A stretch of 61,618 nt of DNA, the filler included, from Chiloscyllium plagiosum (Eukaryota): the NCBI RefSeq assembly GCF_004010195.1. It is 4 parts of one record of this genome, joined end to end, with 100 filler letters (N's around TTAATTAATTAA, not from the genome) between each part and the next. Parts side by side here need not be neighbours in the genome. Positions count along the whole stretch, not along the records: positions 23,618 to 51,482 come from NC_057715.1; positions 51,583 to 58,129 come from NC_057715.1; 2 more parts are not named here. The stretch is one strand, 5' to 3'. A program made the position numbers and the translations under genes. Shown here piece by piece: positions 40,398 to 53,149 of the stretch. Under the pieces are notes generated by a model. It did not search any database and was not told the DNA's origin. It saw nothing but the letters and a program-made list of their open reading frames with translations. Numbering within the stretch: the stretch's first letter is position 1; every line of letters starts with the position of its first letter.

Positions 40398-43300
40398 AAC
40401 ATTATTTACAAATATATTGTTCATATACCAGTGGTGGTCAAAGACAAACAGGTTCTTTTATCTACATTGGAGGGGAATGGGAAAGAGACAACAAAATAAA
40501 AGCTTTGAAGTTTATTCCAAGCTCATTGTCCTATGCCTCTCTCCTGTGTGGCTTTAGAAGCAGCACAGGCTGGGGAATGAGCATGAGCAGCAACCTTTCA
40601 GGAACTGTGCTTTTGCGAGCTTTATGAGCTAATACATTGTCAAAATCCATCAACTGCTCCCCTCATTGCATTATATATGAGCATCACTCCAACTGTTGTC
40701 TGTTCTCCTCCCCTTCTCACATACACATTAGGGTGGACCCCACGATGCAAACTCCAAAACATCCTGTGTGAAGGCACTGCCATTAACACACGACACCTGA
40801 CAATTATACAAGTATGGGCAGTGTTATGTCAAATCCTTCCCCAAGGCCAGGAACTGGTTGGGAAATGATCTGAGAAGTAAAGATGGCTGACAGGCCACGT
40901 TAGTGTCAGGCAAGTAAACGGTGGCCATTTTGGTGATTTGGCATCTGACCTTCAGTTTCAAAGCAAAAATAAAGTCTGCCTCCTCAGTGAAGTCCTTTAA
41001 TAAAAAGGTTATGCAGATACACAAGTCCACTGTTTTATCTCAATGAGATGTCACAGAGCAGGGTAGGGAGACTGCGTTACAGTCACTCATGAACCTTTTC
41101 CTTCCCCCAAGCTCCCAGTTCATGTAGAATGACAGTCCATGAAAACAGCCCTCTTGGAAAGGAGCAAGACAGACAAAATAATGTAACTCTCTCAGAAAAG
41201 AACAGCATTTGCACTTAACACAGACTCTAAAATACTGGCAATAAATCCCCCACAGGAGACCAGCGTTGGACAGATTCAATCACTGTAGGTTAGAACTTAT
41301 GTTGTATGTTTTTACAGTTCTCAGTCTAATCCTATTAGGCCTGTTCTGGTGAGATGTACCTTTACTTCCCTGGTTAGTAGGGCCAGACAGGAGATAGCAA
41401 AATAACTGGCACTGGAACTATTGCATCTCACAGAGGCCACCTTGCAGTAGCCAATACCAAGTCAAGATAGGTCCAATGTGGCCTTACCTGCAAGGTACAA
41501 TGTTTGCATCTCTCTCTTGGTTCCTAGGTTGCTAACCTCAAGACTTGACACAAGGTTAGAAATGTTAGAGGGAGCATCCCATTCAATCAGAGTGCGAGAG
41601 GCCCCATAGCATTTGCAAACACATTAGCAATAATAGCAGCAGGCTCAGTGGTGCGCCCTTGTGGTCACCATTATTGATCTTTTTGGGGAAGGCCAATCAA
41701 ACCCAACGAGAGATAGCATCTCCTGAGCTGGAGAGCCACTTCGGAACGAGTTGGCAGCAATAACCAAGGCAGTGCAAGCTGGACTGAAAAACCCGGAGAT
41801 CGCCTAAAAAAAAACATGACACGGGACAGCTGCAGAGACGGCAGCAAGAGGGAAACAACACCCCCTGCAGCCTCCAAACAACTGCTTGACCTCAACAAAA
41901 CCAAACCATAACCCCATGCATTGTTGGGGGATGTGGTTATTCACAGAGAGACACAAAGCCGATTGTGAAAGTGGTTTCCCCAGTTTCTGTCCAACGTGAC
42001 TGTGTTCACAGGGAGGATGGAAAGACGTTAGAATGTGGGTGCATGGAGGGGTGGGGGGAGAATCACTGATGATCTGGGAAGGTAGAGAATCAAAACATAA
42101 GGGGAGCAGATGGATTATCCCTCATGATAATGGCATAATGACTCAACAATGGTCATTTAAAAAGGGTTGGATTAATCCAAACATTTTCAGCCACTATTCA
42201 AACTGACTCACAGAGCAGGTTAAAAATAACTATCATTCTAAAAAGGTTTGAGTTATACGGTGCCAATGTAACTACAAAACATGGAAGTCAGTCACCCAGA
42301 GCTATTTTTACTTCTAACCAAATGACTCCCAACCTATAGGCAAAGGACAACCAATGATATGTGATTAAAATAGAATCTATTTTGTTCAGAAAAGGCACAG
42401 TGGCAGTGTAAGTGAGAGCCCAACATTGAATGGGACTCCGGCACTTGGAGCTAAAGGGATTTGTTCTCTTTGGTGGGAGTGCCTGCAGAGACAAGTCAAT
42501 CCAACAAGTTCTCCATTGAAAACAAACACTGGACTTCACCCAATTGGCAAGCACGGCCTCAGCTGGCATTATTTACAAACAAAGCGACATCCATTCACTT
42601 CAGTTAAAGATCAGTTGATTGGAGCAAGCAAGGCGTCATGGCCTGGCAGCGATCAGGAGTTGCAGGTGGTTCCCAGTGCGTGGTGGACAGGCCCGGCTGT
42701 GTTCTGATCAAATTCTCACATTGTACGGGGGATGTGAGCAAGAGCGCACGAATAGATCACGCTCCAACCAGAGGCCAGCACTGATCGCCCAAACCCAAGT
42801 ACCAATCCCATTCGGTACCAGCGTAGTGTCCAAGCTTCAGGCACAGGTCACCGGCTCCCTGATGGGGCTCACTCATTGTGGTCAACAGCAGGAAGAGTGC
42901 CTGACACAGGGTCATTGGCTCCTGAATCACTGTCTCTCTCATGAAACGGTGACCCTGGTACATGTGATAGTTGTCAACCCATTCTGGCTTTAGGGTCACA
43001 AGGAACATTGTGAAGAAGTGACCTTAATTATTTTTCCTGTCTCTCTCTTTGTCCTCCCCCACCCTCGAAGGAAGGGAGTCCTGCTCCCCTCCCACATCCT
43101 GCATAAGACAGAGAGAAAAAAAATAAACCAGAACTGAACATTTGAACTGAAACCAGACAGACTCTGAAATACAGAGTGAGCGCAGGAGAGCAGTCAGAGG
43201 GTGGGAACAGTCAGAGGGTGGGAACAGCCACAGGAAGGGAGAGTGAGGGCAGACACAGGGAGCAGACTTAGAGGTGTTGGGGAAAGAGAACAGCCAGAGC

Positions 43301-44527
43301 GAGAGGGGAGGGAGGGAGTGCAAGAGCGAGAAGTGGGGGAGAGCAAGGTGGATGGAAGAGAGCGAGAAGGAGGAGAAAACAAAAAAAAGGGCGAGAGAGA
43401 GAAAAACCAAGATCTTTTAAGATGTGAATCCTTTGCCAGTATCCAGAAGACTCTACACCTAACAAGCTCCAATTTGCCATCTCTCCAGACATATGGACTT
43501 GAACATTCCTAGTCATTTCGGTTGTGATGTGCTCAAGGACAGATTCACTGCCAGCCAGTAACACACAGCTCTATAGTTTTAGGACAAACCCAACAGAGGG
43601 TGATAAAACAAATAATTTTAGGTTTTATAAAACTTGGTGACTACAAGAATTACAAATCCGACAATTCCCACAAACCTGTTGCACAAGTGGTTCAGGTTAA
43701 AACCCTTGCTGAAATTTCAACAAAGTGCATTTTCTGGTGCTGGGACGGAAGCATACGAGCAGGATTTGGGGGGAGTGGAAAAGGGGAGCAGGGATAAATG
43801 CAATCCTTGACATGCAAACTGCAAAACGCATCCTGTTGGGGGGAAAGCGACTAAAATAGTGCTTTATTTTGGTGTGGAGATTAGAGATGAGAAGTGAACA
43901 AGCTGAGGCAGTGACATGTTCATGAATAACCCCAAGTGGGAATGAATGTGAGGGACAATAATATGACCCTGTGGTTAATCTGGTCATTGATCCACAGCAG
44001 ACACCCTTGGTTTAGAGGGGGTCAGTTTTCTCAGCTTTAGGAAAGAAAATGCACGCACTTCAAATATTCAGCTGTGCACAGAAATGGCTGGAGGGGAACG
44101 AGGAGGAGATGGGTTAGGCGGTCAGATTACAACAGGCACAGAAAAGGAACACCTCACATGCAAGAAGTCCCTTTGCATTTGGAGCGAACAGGGTTTTACA
44201 CAATATACAAACGGGGGCCTTTCCATTGGGAGGGGCTACAACTGTGCACAGCCTGGCCACAGATTCTTCTGAAGGCAGGAGTCTAACTCATGGGCCACAG
44301 CATGGCAGTGAGCAGCTGTAAAATTTTGACTCCGCTACTACAGTTAGTGAGGATGACCACACTTCGAGATTTGACTCGCTGCCGGTAATCTGGGCCACAG
44401 CTACGCAGAAGCTACATCAAAGGTATCAAAAGTCCAAAACCAAGATGGATTGACTCTTTCTGAAAAAGGACATAGCAGAACTCGAGTGCAGCAGAAGAGT
44501 TGCCAAAAAGAAAAAGCTTCCTCGGTT

Positions 44528-44700
44528 GGCCTGGATTTCCTTTCTTCAGATCGAGAGGCCACTAAAAGCCTACTTTGTAGGCCTGGATTTCCTTTGACAG
44601 GGGAAGAGGTCAGTTAAGAATCCGGTTTTGTAGGCCTGGATTTCCTTCATCGGAGAAAGAGGTCACAATTAAGAAGCCTGCTTGAAAGCCCTAATTTTCT
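44528..44700. repeat. Three-plus copies of a 52-54-bp unit with invariant core GGCCTGGATTTCCTT
   Basis: Cores start at 44528, 44580 and 44633; a decayed fourth is near 44687. Confidence 0.85.
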
Positions 44701-44958
44701 GTTTCCTTTTGGTTTGTCATTTTCCATTTGAGACGCCTTAAAATAGAGGGTTTCAAAAATGCACACAAAACACACACACTACAAATAGTCATCCTCACTC
44801 GAGGAGGAGTCTGGGCTGCTGTCGGAAGAACTTTGCAGAGGGCTCTTTCTCGTACTCCAGACCTGGGTGGAAAACGTTTTTGTCCAGCTGCAAGGATTTC
44901 CCACAGGCCTCAGAAGTTGGACCACCTCGTAGACCCAGATCCAGTAGTCGTAATAAGT

Positions 44959-45048
44959 TCACTTACTGGCTTTAGTGTTCCACTGCTTGTTCATAGAGGT
45001 CAACATCTGACTGATATAGGAGGTCAATAGGTCATCCATTTTGTATCC
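44959..45048 (-). CDS. MYO7A: Myosin VIIa terminal coding exon (GYKMDDLLTSYISQMLTSMNKQWNTKASK*)
   Basis: Recognisable MYO7A C-terminus; acAG acceptor at 45049-45050; TGA at 44961-44959. Confidence 0.95.
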   Translation of the reverse strand, partial: GYKMDDLLTSYISQMLTSMNKQWNTKASK

Positions 45049-47583
45049 CTGTTGAGAGGAAAACAAAGGTGAAGCCTGTAGAACATTTAAAACGGAGAAT
45101 AGGGCAGGAGTAGCCACTTGGCCCTTCAAACCTGTTCCCTCATTCAATCTGATCATCCAACTCAATCCCCTGTTCCTGCTTTCTCCCCATATCCAACTCT
45201 TTATTTTTGAAAGCATTCAATGCTTTGGCTTGCGTGTTAGAGAATTCCACAGTCTTTGGGTGAAGAAATTTCTCATTTCAGATCCAATGACTCAACCTGT
45301 GTCCTTAGATTGTGACCTAAAAATCAGGCCATTCAGCCCATAGCCCACACTAGCATCCATGCCGCACCTGCCCATCATCATGATAACCCTCTCTGCTTTC
45401 TTTGTCTGTTTGCTGATTGTCCGAAAAACCCGTCTGGTTCACTAATGTTCTTTAAAAGGAGAAAACTGCCTGTCTGGGCCTACATGTGACTCTAGACCCA
45501 CAGCAATGCGAGTGACTCAACTGCCCTTGCAAAAACAGTAGCAAGCCACTCAGTTCAGCGGCAGTTAGGGATAATTAGCAAATGTTGACCGCGAAAGGCA
45601 TCCCACGAAAGAATGTTTAAAAATTTTTAAACAAGTCTCTCATCCATGACTCAGTGCACAGATCCAGCCTTTGCATCGGAACATCAAGAGGTGAAGAGAG
45701 GAGAGAAAAATGGATTTATTAGGAAAATTCAGCATGGCTTTATGTGGGGGAGGTGGTGTGCCTCAATCTTGATTGAGTGTTTTTTTTTGAGCAAGGAATG
45801 GAGCTGAGGGTAAGGAAGTGGATGTTGTCGGTGTGGATTTTACTAAAGCATTTGACAAGGTCGCTCATGGTTTACTGGTCCAGAAGATCATGTCACATGG
45901 GATCCACGGAGAGTCAATAAGTTGGATACAAAATTGGCTTGGTCATAGAGGACAGAGGGTAGTTGTGGAGGGGCGTTTTTCTGACTGGAGGCCTGTAACC
46001 AGCTGTGTCCAGCAAGAATCAGTGCTGGGATCTCTGTTGATTGTAACTGAATGAAAATGAAAGTGGTCTCATTCGTACATTTGCAGACGACATGAAAATT
46101 GGAGTTGCGGACAGGGACGAAGGTTGTCAAAGGGTCCAACAGGTTATAGATTAGTTGCAAAGTTGTGAGGTGATGCATTTTGGGAGGTCAAATGCAAGAG
46201 GAAAGTGGAGAGTAAATGGCAGGATTCTTAGGAGTATGGTTATACAGAGGGATCTTGCACTGCAAGTTCATAGCTCCCTGAAAGAGGTAATACAAGTGGA
46301 TAAGGCAGTAAAGGTGGTGTATGGCATGGCTGCAGCAATGAGTATAAAAGTTGGCAAGTCATGTTTTATACAGCTGCAACTTTAGCTGTACCACGTTTGG
46401 AGTGATGTGTACAGTTCACCACATTACAGGAAGAATAGGGAGGCTTTGGAGAGGGTGTGAAAGAGGTTTACTAAGATGTTGCCTGGATTGGAGAGTTTTC
46501 ATTACCACAGGAAGTAGTTGATGCCACAACGAATGTATTCAAGAGGCAGCTAGATACAGCACTTGGGGCGAATGGGATCAAAGGTTATGGGGAGAAAGCA
46601 AGATTAGGCTATTGAGTTGGATGATCAGCCATGATAGTGATAAATAGTGGAACAAGCTTGAAGGGCTGAATGGACTTCTGCTCCTACCTTCTATGTTTAT
46701 CTAGAAGATGAACTTGGATCATTTTCTCTAGACAGTCGAAAGCTGAGGGGTGACCTGTTGGAAATATATAGATTTGAGAGGCAGTGATAGGTTGGATTGT
46801 CAGAGTTTTTTTCCCCAGGGTAGAAATATCAAATACTAGGAGGCACAGGTTTAAAGTGAGAGGGCTAAAGTTTAAAGGAGATATGAGAGGTTTTTTTTTT
46901 AATGCAGAGGATTTTAACAGACATGGGCCAAAGGGTCTGTTCATATGCTAACTGTTCTATGTTAGTGACAAGACTTCTAGAGTAGTTTCACAGATGACTA
47001 ATACCATGTTCTATTGTGAAGGTACTGGTCTAATTATGTAGTCCGGCTTGTTGGTGGTCACCTTTTGAAAAGCTGAACTCTCAGACTTTGTCAGGCTCAT
47101 CATCACGATTGCATGGTTTGCTGGTAAAGTATTCTACACTGGAGGAACAACAGTAGATGTGCACTTTTTGGTCTATACTTCATACATTTCTCAAAAGGAC
47201 CTTTGAAAAAAAAACTGGGTGGGTGGCAACTTGACTCACCATCAGCCTGACTCTTCACTAGACAGCTTGCATTTGTATAGCACCTTTAGCCATACCTAGG
47301 TGTTTCATGGGAGAGTTATCAAATAAGATTCAATTCCAAAATATGGAGAGAGCTTTCAAGGTAGAGAGACGGAGAGATTTAGGAATGAAATTCCAGAGCC
47401 AAAGAGGTGTACACAATTGAAAGTACCACCACCACCAATGGGGAGGAGACAGGGAAGGAGATGTGGCCAGAATTGGAGGAATGCAGATTGCAGAGAGTTG
47501 TAGAGTTGGAGGAAATTGAAGACAGGATGGAATTTGAAAACAATGATGGGAGTTTTACAATGGAGGTCTTGATGGATTAGGAG

Positions 47584-47707
47584 GAGAAAGTGAGGACTGC
47601 AGATGCTGGAGATCAGAGCTGAAAATGTGTTGCTGGAAAAGCGCAGCAGGTCAGGCAGCATCCAAGGAACAGGAGAATCAACGTTTCAGGCATAAGCCCT
47701 TCTTCAG
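47584..47707 (-). mobile_element. Short PLE terminal-repeat insertion with a 13-bp TSD and hammerhead core (47680-47707)
   Basis: GATGGATTAGGAG at 47571-47583 and 47708-47720; CTGAAGA-A-GGGC(TTAT)GCCT-GAAAC-GTT on the - strand. Confidence 0.8.
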
Positions 47708-47832
47708 GATGGATTAGGAGTCAATATAGATCACAGAGGCGCCACAGGGGTGATAGATGAATGGGATCTATTGCAAATTAGGATAGAGACAGCATAGTTT
47801 TGGGCAAATTGAGCTTTACACAAATCTTGCTA

Positions 47833-48066
<234 letters not shown>

Positions 48067-49177
48067 CTAAACTAATGTAATCCCATTCGCCAGCATTTGG
48101 CCCATATCCCTCTAAACCCTTCCTTTTCATGTACCCATCCAGAGGCCTTTTAAAATGTTGTAATTGTACCAGCCTCCACCACTTCCTCTGGCAGCTCATT
48201 CCATTCACGTACCACCCTGTGTGAAAACATTGCCCCTTATGACACACTCATTTTTCCCCCCTGAAGTGGTCAAATATGACTGCTTCTCCTCACAAGATGG
48301 GTCAATATCTTCTATTTCCTGACCCTCAATGGGCTGCATGGCCTATTTCAACGCCCGTGGCACTGTCATTAAGAACCTGAAAGGCTGAGACAGGCAGGTT
48401 TTTAATCCGGAAAGGAATGAAGAGAAAAAAAAAAAGACAGGAAAGTGGAGTTGAGGATTATCAGATCAGCCATGACTCACTGGATGGGTGGAGCAGACTA
48501 GATGGCCTGAATAGCCTACCTCTGCTCCCATGGTCTTATAATCAAATGATACCCTCACCCATTTACAGGGCACATGTTTCTACTCAGGTCAATAGCTTTT
48601 AATTCCCTGCCCTAGTTAACACGATTAACTAGAACTATAGAAGCAGGAAGGTAAGGCCAAAATGGTTGATGGTCCTCACTAGCCCCCTCTCCTCTTCACT
48701 GAACTCCATCAACAATGTCCTTGGATTCCTTTCACTTCACGCGTCCATTTAAAATCCTATTAAATGCATCCACAGAATCCGCCTCGACCACATTGTGGAT
48801 CGTCAAGTTCCAAATTCTTCTGTTTGTCCGTTCAGATTTATTTATAACTAGTTTTCAATTTACAGCTTGTGCTTTGACACGTCTCGTCAAATTGTACTCT
48901 GTCAAACTGCTTTCGTAGATAGGCATCCATCAACATTTTGGTTTGTGCATGAGAATAATTTAAGTGTTTTGGCTATTAAAAAAAAAAATCGGCTATAAAT
49001 CAGAGGGAAATCTGGAATGACTGCTGCCCTTCACCCCCTCCCCCGTCTCACCCTTTACATTTACATTACAGTGTGGAAACAGGCCCTTCGGCCCAACAAG
49101 TCCACACCGACCCGCCGAAGCGCAACCCACCCATGCCCCATTTACCCCTTACCTAACACTACGGACAATTTAGCATG

Positions 49178-49273
49178 AGCTGAAAATGTGTTGCTGGAAA
49201 AGCACAGCAGGTCAGGCAGCATCCAGGGAACAGGAGAATCGACGTTTCAGGCATAAGCCCTTCTTCAGGGCTC
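49178..49273 (-). mobile_element. Short PLE fragment with hammerhead core (49241-49268) inserted in a young SINE, 13-bp TSD
   Basis: ACAATTTAGCATG at 49165-49177 and 49274-49286. Confidence 0.8.
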
Positions 49274-50894
49274 ACAATTTAGCATGGCCAATTCACCTGA
49301 CCTGCACATCATTGGACTGTGGGAGGAAACCGGAGCACCCGGAGGAAACCCACGCAGACACGGGGAGAACGTGCAAACTCCACACAGACAGTCGCCTGAG
49401 GTGGGAATTGAACCCGGGTCTCTGGCGCTGTGAGGGAGCAGTGCTAACCACTGTGCCACTGTGCTGCCTTTAGTGAGGAGATTTTCCTGTATAATGTCTC
49501 CAAACAGATCAGTAACTCCTTGGGGACAACTCAACTTCTGCAGGTTTCAAAGCACAGGCTGGGAAGAACGAACTGTCCAAGAAAACTGGAAGTTTCGCAC
49601 CATCCAGGATGAAGCAGCCACATTCACAAGTATTCGCTCCCTCCAACACTCAGCAGCAGTAGAGGCCCTGCAGATATTCACCAATGCTCCTCAGGCAGCA
49701 TCTTCCAAATCCACTACCACTTCCATTTAGAAGGACAAGGGCAGCAGATACATGGGAACACCACTGTCTGCAAGTTCCCCTCCAAGCAACTCACCATCCT
49801 GAATTGAAAATAGATCACCGTTCCTTGAGTGTCACTCATCAAAATCCTGGAATTCCCTCCCTAAGGACATTGTGGGTCAACTCACAGTACGCAGACTGCA
49901 GAGGTTCAAGGCAACAGCTCACCACTACCTTCTCAAGGGGGCAACTAGGGACAGGCAATAAACGCTTGCCTGGCCAGTGACACCCACCTCCCCCCAGGAG
50001 AATAAAAAGATTAGAAATTTTGTATCATTTTATGTTATGCAGACAGAGAGCTAGCAGCAGGAGAGATGGGCAGATTTACGTTACCTCTTCCTGAGTCTGG
50101 TCAGAGGATTGCCTGATTGAGAGTCATCCCACAGCACGTGGGCTGTAGTGGTTCAAGGAGGCAGCTCCCCAACAGCTTGAGGCACGGTGGCTCAGTGGTT
50201 AGCACTGCTGCCTCAGTGCCAGGGACATGGGATCGATTCCACCCTTGGCTGACTTTCCATGTGGAATTTGCACATTCTCCCCATGTCTGTGTGGGTCTCC
50301 TCTGGGTGCTCCGGTTTCCTCCCACAGTCCAGGGTAGGTGGATTAGCCATAGGAAATGCAGGGTTACAGAGATAGGATAGGGGAGTGGGTCTGGATAGGA
50401 TGCTGTTTGGAGGGCTGATGTGAACTCGATGGGCCAAATGGCCAGCTTCCACACTATAGGGATTCTATTATTCTCAAGTTAAACCTGGGACAAATCAATA
50501 AATACTGGTCAGCCAGCAACACCCATATCCCACGAGTGAATGAACGAACACACATTTTGAGGCAAAACTATAGAATGGTCATAATAACGTTACATTGGAC
50601 TGACTCCTTTTGTGTTCATAGGACGTGGCCATCACTGGCAATTGTTACCATCCGCTAACTGTCCAGAGGGCTGCTCCGAGTCAACCACATTGCTGCGGGT
50701 CTGGAGTCACATGTAGGCCAGACCAGTTAAGGACGGCAGATTTCCTTCCCTAAAAAAGGCATTAATGAACCAGATGGATTTTCCTGACAATTAACGTGGT
50801 CACCATGTGACAAGCTTTTTATCCTCAATTTTTAATTGAATTCAAATTCGACCATCTGCCATGGTGGGATTCAAACCTGGGTCTCCATTACATG

Positions 50895-52330
50895 AGGGAA
50901 AAACAATGACTGCAGATGTTGGAAACCAGATTCTGGATTAGTGGTGCTGAAAGAGCACAGCAGTTCAGGCAGCATCCAAGGAGCAGCATCCAAAGGCAAA
51001 AGCCCTTCATCAGGAATAAAGGCAGAGAGCCTGAAGCATGGAGAGATAAGCTAGAGGAGGGTGGGGGTGGGGAGAAAGTAGCATAGAGTACAATAGAGTT
51101 CTCCTTCAAGATCCTCCGCTCCACGCTCGCAGCAATGCGCCGGCACCTAACCTCTCGACAATCATCCCTGCCTCAGCTGAGGGCCACACTCTCTCAGAAC
51201 TGCAAAGGACCCACTCTGTACTACACCCTCAGGAGAATTCATACTCTCAACAAACAGTATTTCAATTCCATCTCAAACATCAAAAACTGTAAGTACAACA
51301 AACTTTTATCTACCCAGCTCCATAACCAGCGCTCCTTGAACATTCCAGAAGATTCCCCTGGCCTCGGAAACACCATTAGCCATGCGGCTGATGCAGCTAC
51401 CACCACGACGCTGATTGATGATGTCACTTCTGCCCCCATCATGGCCACTCCCACAGCCACTTCCAGCCCTCACATCATCGCCNNNNNNNNNNNNNNNNNN
51501 NNNNNNNNNNNNNNNNNNNNNNNNNNTTAATTAATTAANNNNNNNNNNNNNNNNNNNNNNNNNNNNNNNNNNNNNNNNNNNNCCCCCCAACAACCCACCC
51601 TCCCCTCCCGGCACCTTCCCCTGCCACCACAGGAATTGCAAAACCTGCGCCCACACCTCCCCCCCTCACCTCCGTCCAAGGCCCCACGTCCATCAAAGTT
51701 TCACCTGCACTTCCACACGTCATTTACTGTGTCCGTTGCTCCCAATGTGGTCTCCTTTACATGGGGGAGACAGGATGCCTACTTGCACAGTGCTTCAGAG
51801 AACATCTCCGGGACACCTGTACCAATCAACCCACCGCCCTATGGCTGAACATTTCAACTCTCCCTCCCATTCCGCCAAGGACATGCAGGTCCTGGGCCTC
51901 CTCCATACCCACTCCCTTACCACTCGACACTTGGAGGAAGAACACCTTATCTTCTGCCTTGGGACCCTCCAACCCCATGAAATCAATGTGAATTTCACCA
52001 GTTTCCTCATTTCCCCTTCCCCCATCTTACCCCAGTTCCAACCTTCCAGCTCAGCATCGTCCTCATGACCCGCCCCAACTGTCCATCTTCCTTCTCATCT
52101 ATCACTCCACAGTCCTTTCCAACGAATCACCATTACTCCCACCTGCATCCATCTATTGCACTCTCAGCTACCTTCCCTCCAGTCCCACACCCCACCCCCT
52201 TTTTATCGCTCCACCCCCGAGGCTCCCAGTCTCATTCCTAATGAAGGGAATTTGCACGAAACATTGATTTTCCTGCTTCTCAGATGTTGCCTGACTTGCT
52301 GTGCTTTTCCAGCATCACGCTCTTGACTCA
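50895..52330 (+). mobile_element. Long PLE spanning an assembly gap: inverted 5' terminal repeat, probable ORF N-terminal part (51135-51482), decayed GIY-YIG (51600-52010) and 3' terminal repeat
   Basis: GETGCLLAQCFREH...AEHFNSPSH...EEHLIFCLGTLQP matches the 25.2-25.6 kb copy. Continuity across the gap and the identity of the N-terminal ORF are assumed. Confidence 0.7.
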
Positions 52331-53149
52331 TGTTCTCCTGGTCTCTGTATAGGTTTCCTCTAGCTGCTCCAGTTTCCTGCCACAGTCCAAAGATGTGCAG
52401 GTTAGGTGGATTGGCCATGGGAAAGGAAGGGTTACAGGGATTGGGTAGGCAGGAGGATCTGGATGGGAATCTACTCGGAGGGTTGGTGCGGACTTGATGG
52501 GCCAAATGGCCTGAGGAAACTCGGCAGTGGAGAGAGAAACAGAGTTAATATTTCAAATCTGGTATAACTCTTTTTCAGACTTTGGGCGGGGTTTTGTGCA
52601 GTGGGAAGAGGAGGAAACAGTAACCAGACAAAGAAGACCATAAACTCCTTATACTTGTTGAAGGTAGAGAGAGAAGTCAGGGGAGAGGATTTGATAGAGG
52701 TAATTAAACCAGCAGTTGTCTTATTTTCTACAATGCACACAGAGCCATCAATGGCAGCATTGTTCCAAACATAAGGACGAAATAATTTCATTAACTTACA
52801 AAAACAGTTCCTTTGTGTAACAGGCTTATACAAATTAACCAAATCAAAAGTACATTTTTTATGTGACAGAGGAAATGAAGCCAGATGGATCGTGAGGACA
52901 GAAACAAGACCATTAGCACATAATTACTGCGCTGGAGAGATGTGTTCCAACCAACTCTGGGGTGAACAGCAACAAGGACAGAACCCCCCAGTCCTCACCT
53001 TCCACCCCACCAGCCTCCGTATACATCGCATCATCCTCTGCTGTTCACCCCAGGATACTAATGTAACACTGGCTTTAAACTGTTATCACATCGGACATTC
53101 CTGAAACAGGACTTTCTGCCTGATTTAGCTGCTTGGACTATCTGATTGG

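Noticed and set aside
42288..43564. Cluster of 80-128 aa ORFs between the genes
   Set aside because: No recognisable domain or consistent exon chain; compatible with chance ORFs in GC-richer or purine-skewed UTR sequence.
44528..44700. CRISPR-like repeat-spacer pattern
   Set aside because: Vertebrate 3' UTR context, only three short cores, spacers are homologous to each other, and no cas genes.
44959..44961. UGA as selenocysteine in MYO7A
   Set aside because: No convincing SECIS element recognised by eye and no redox context; generic readthrough is simpler. A SECISearch run would settle it.
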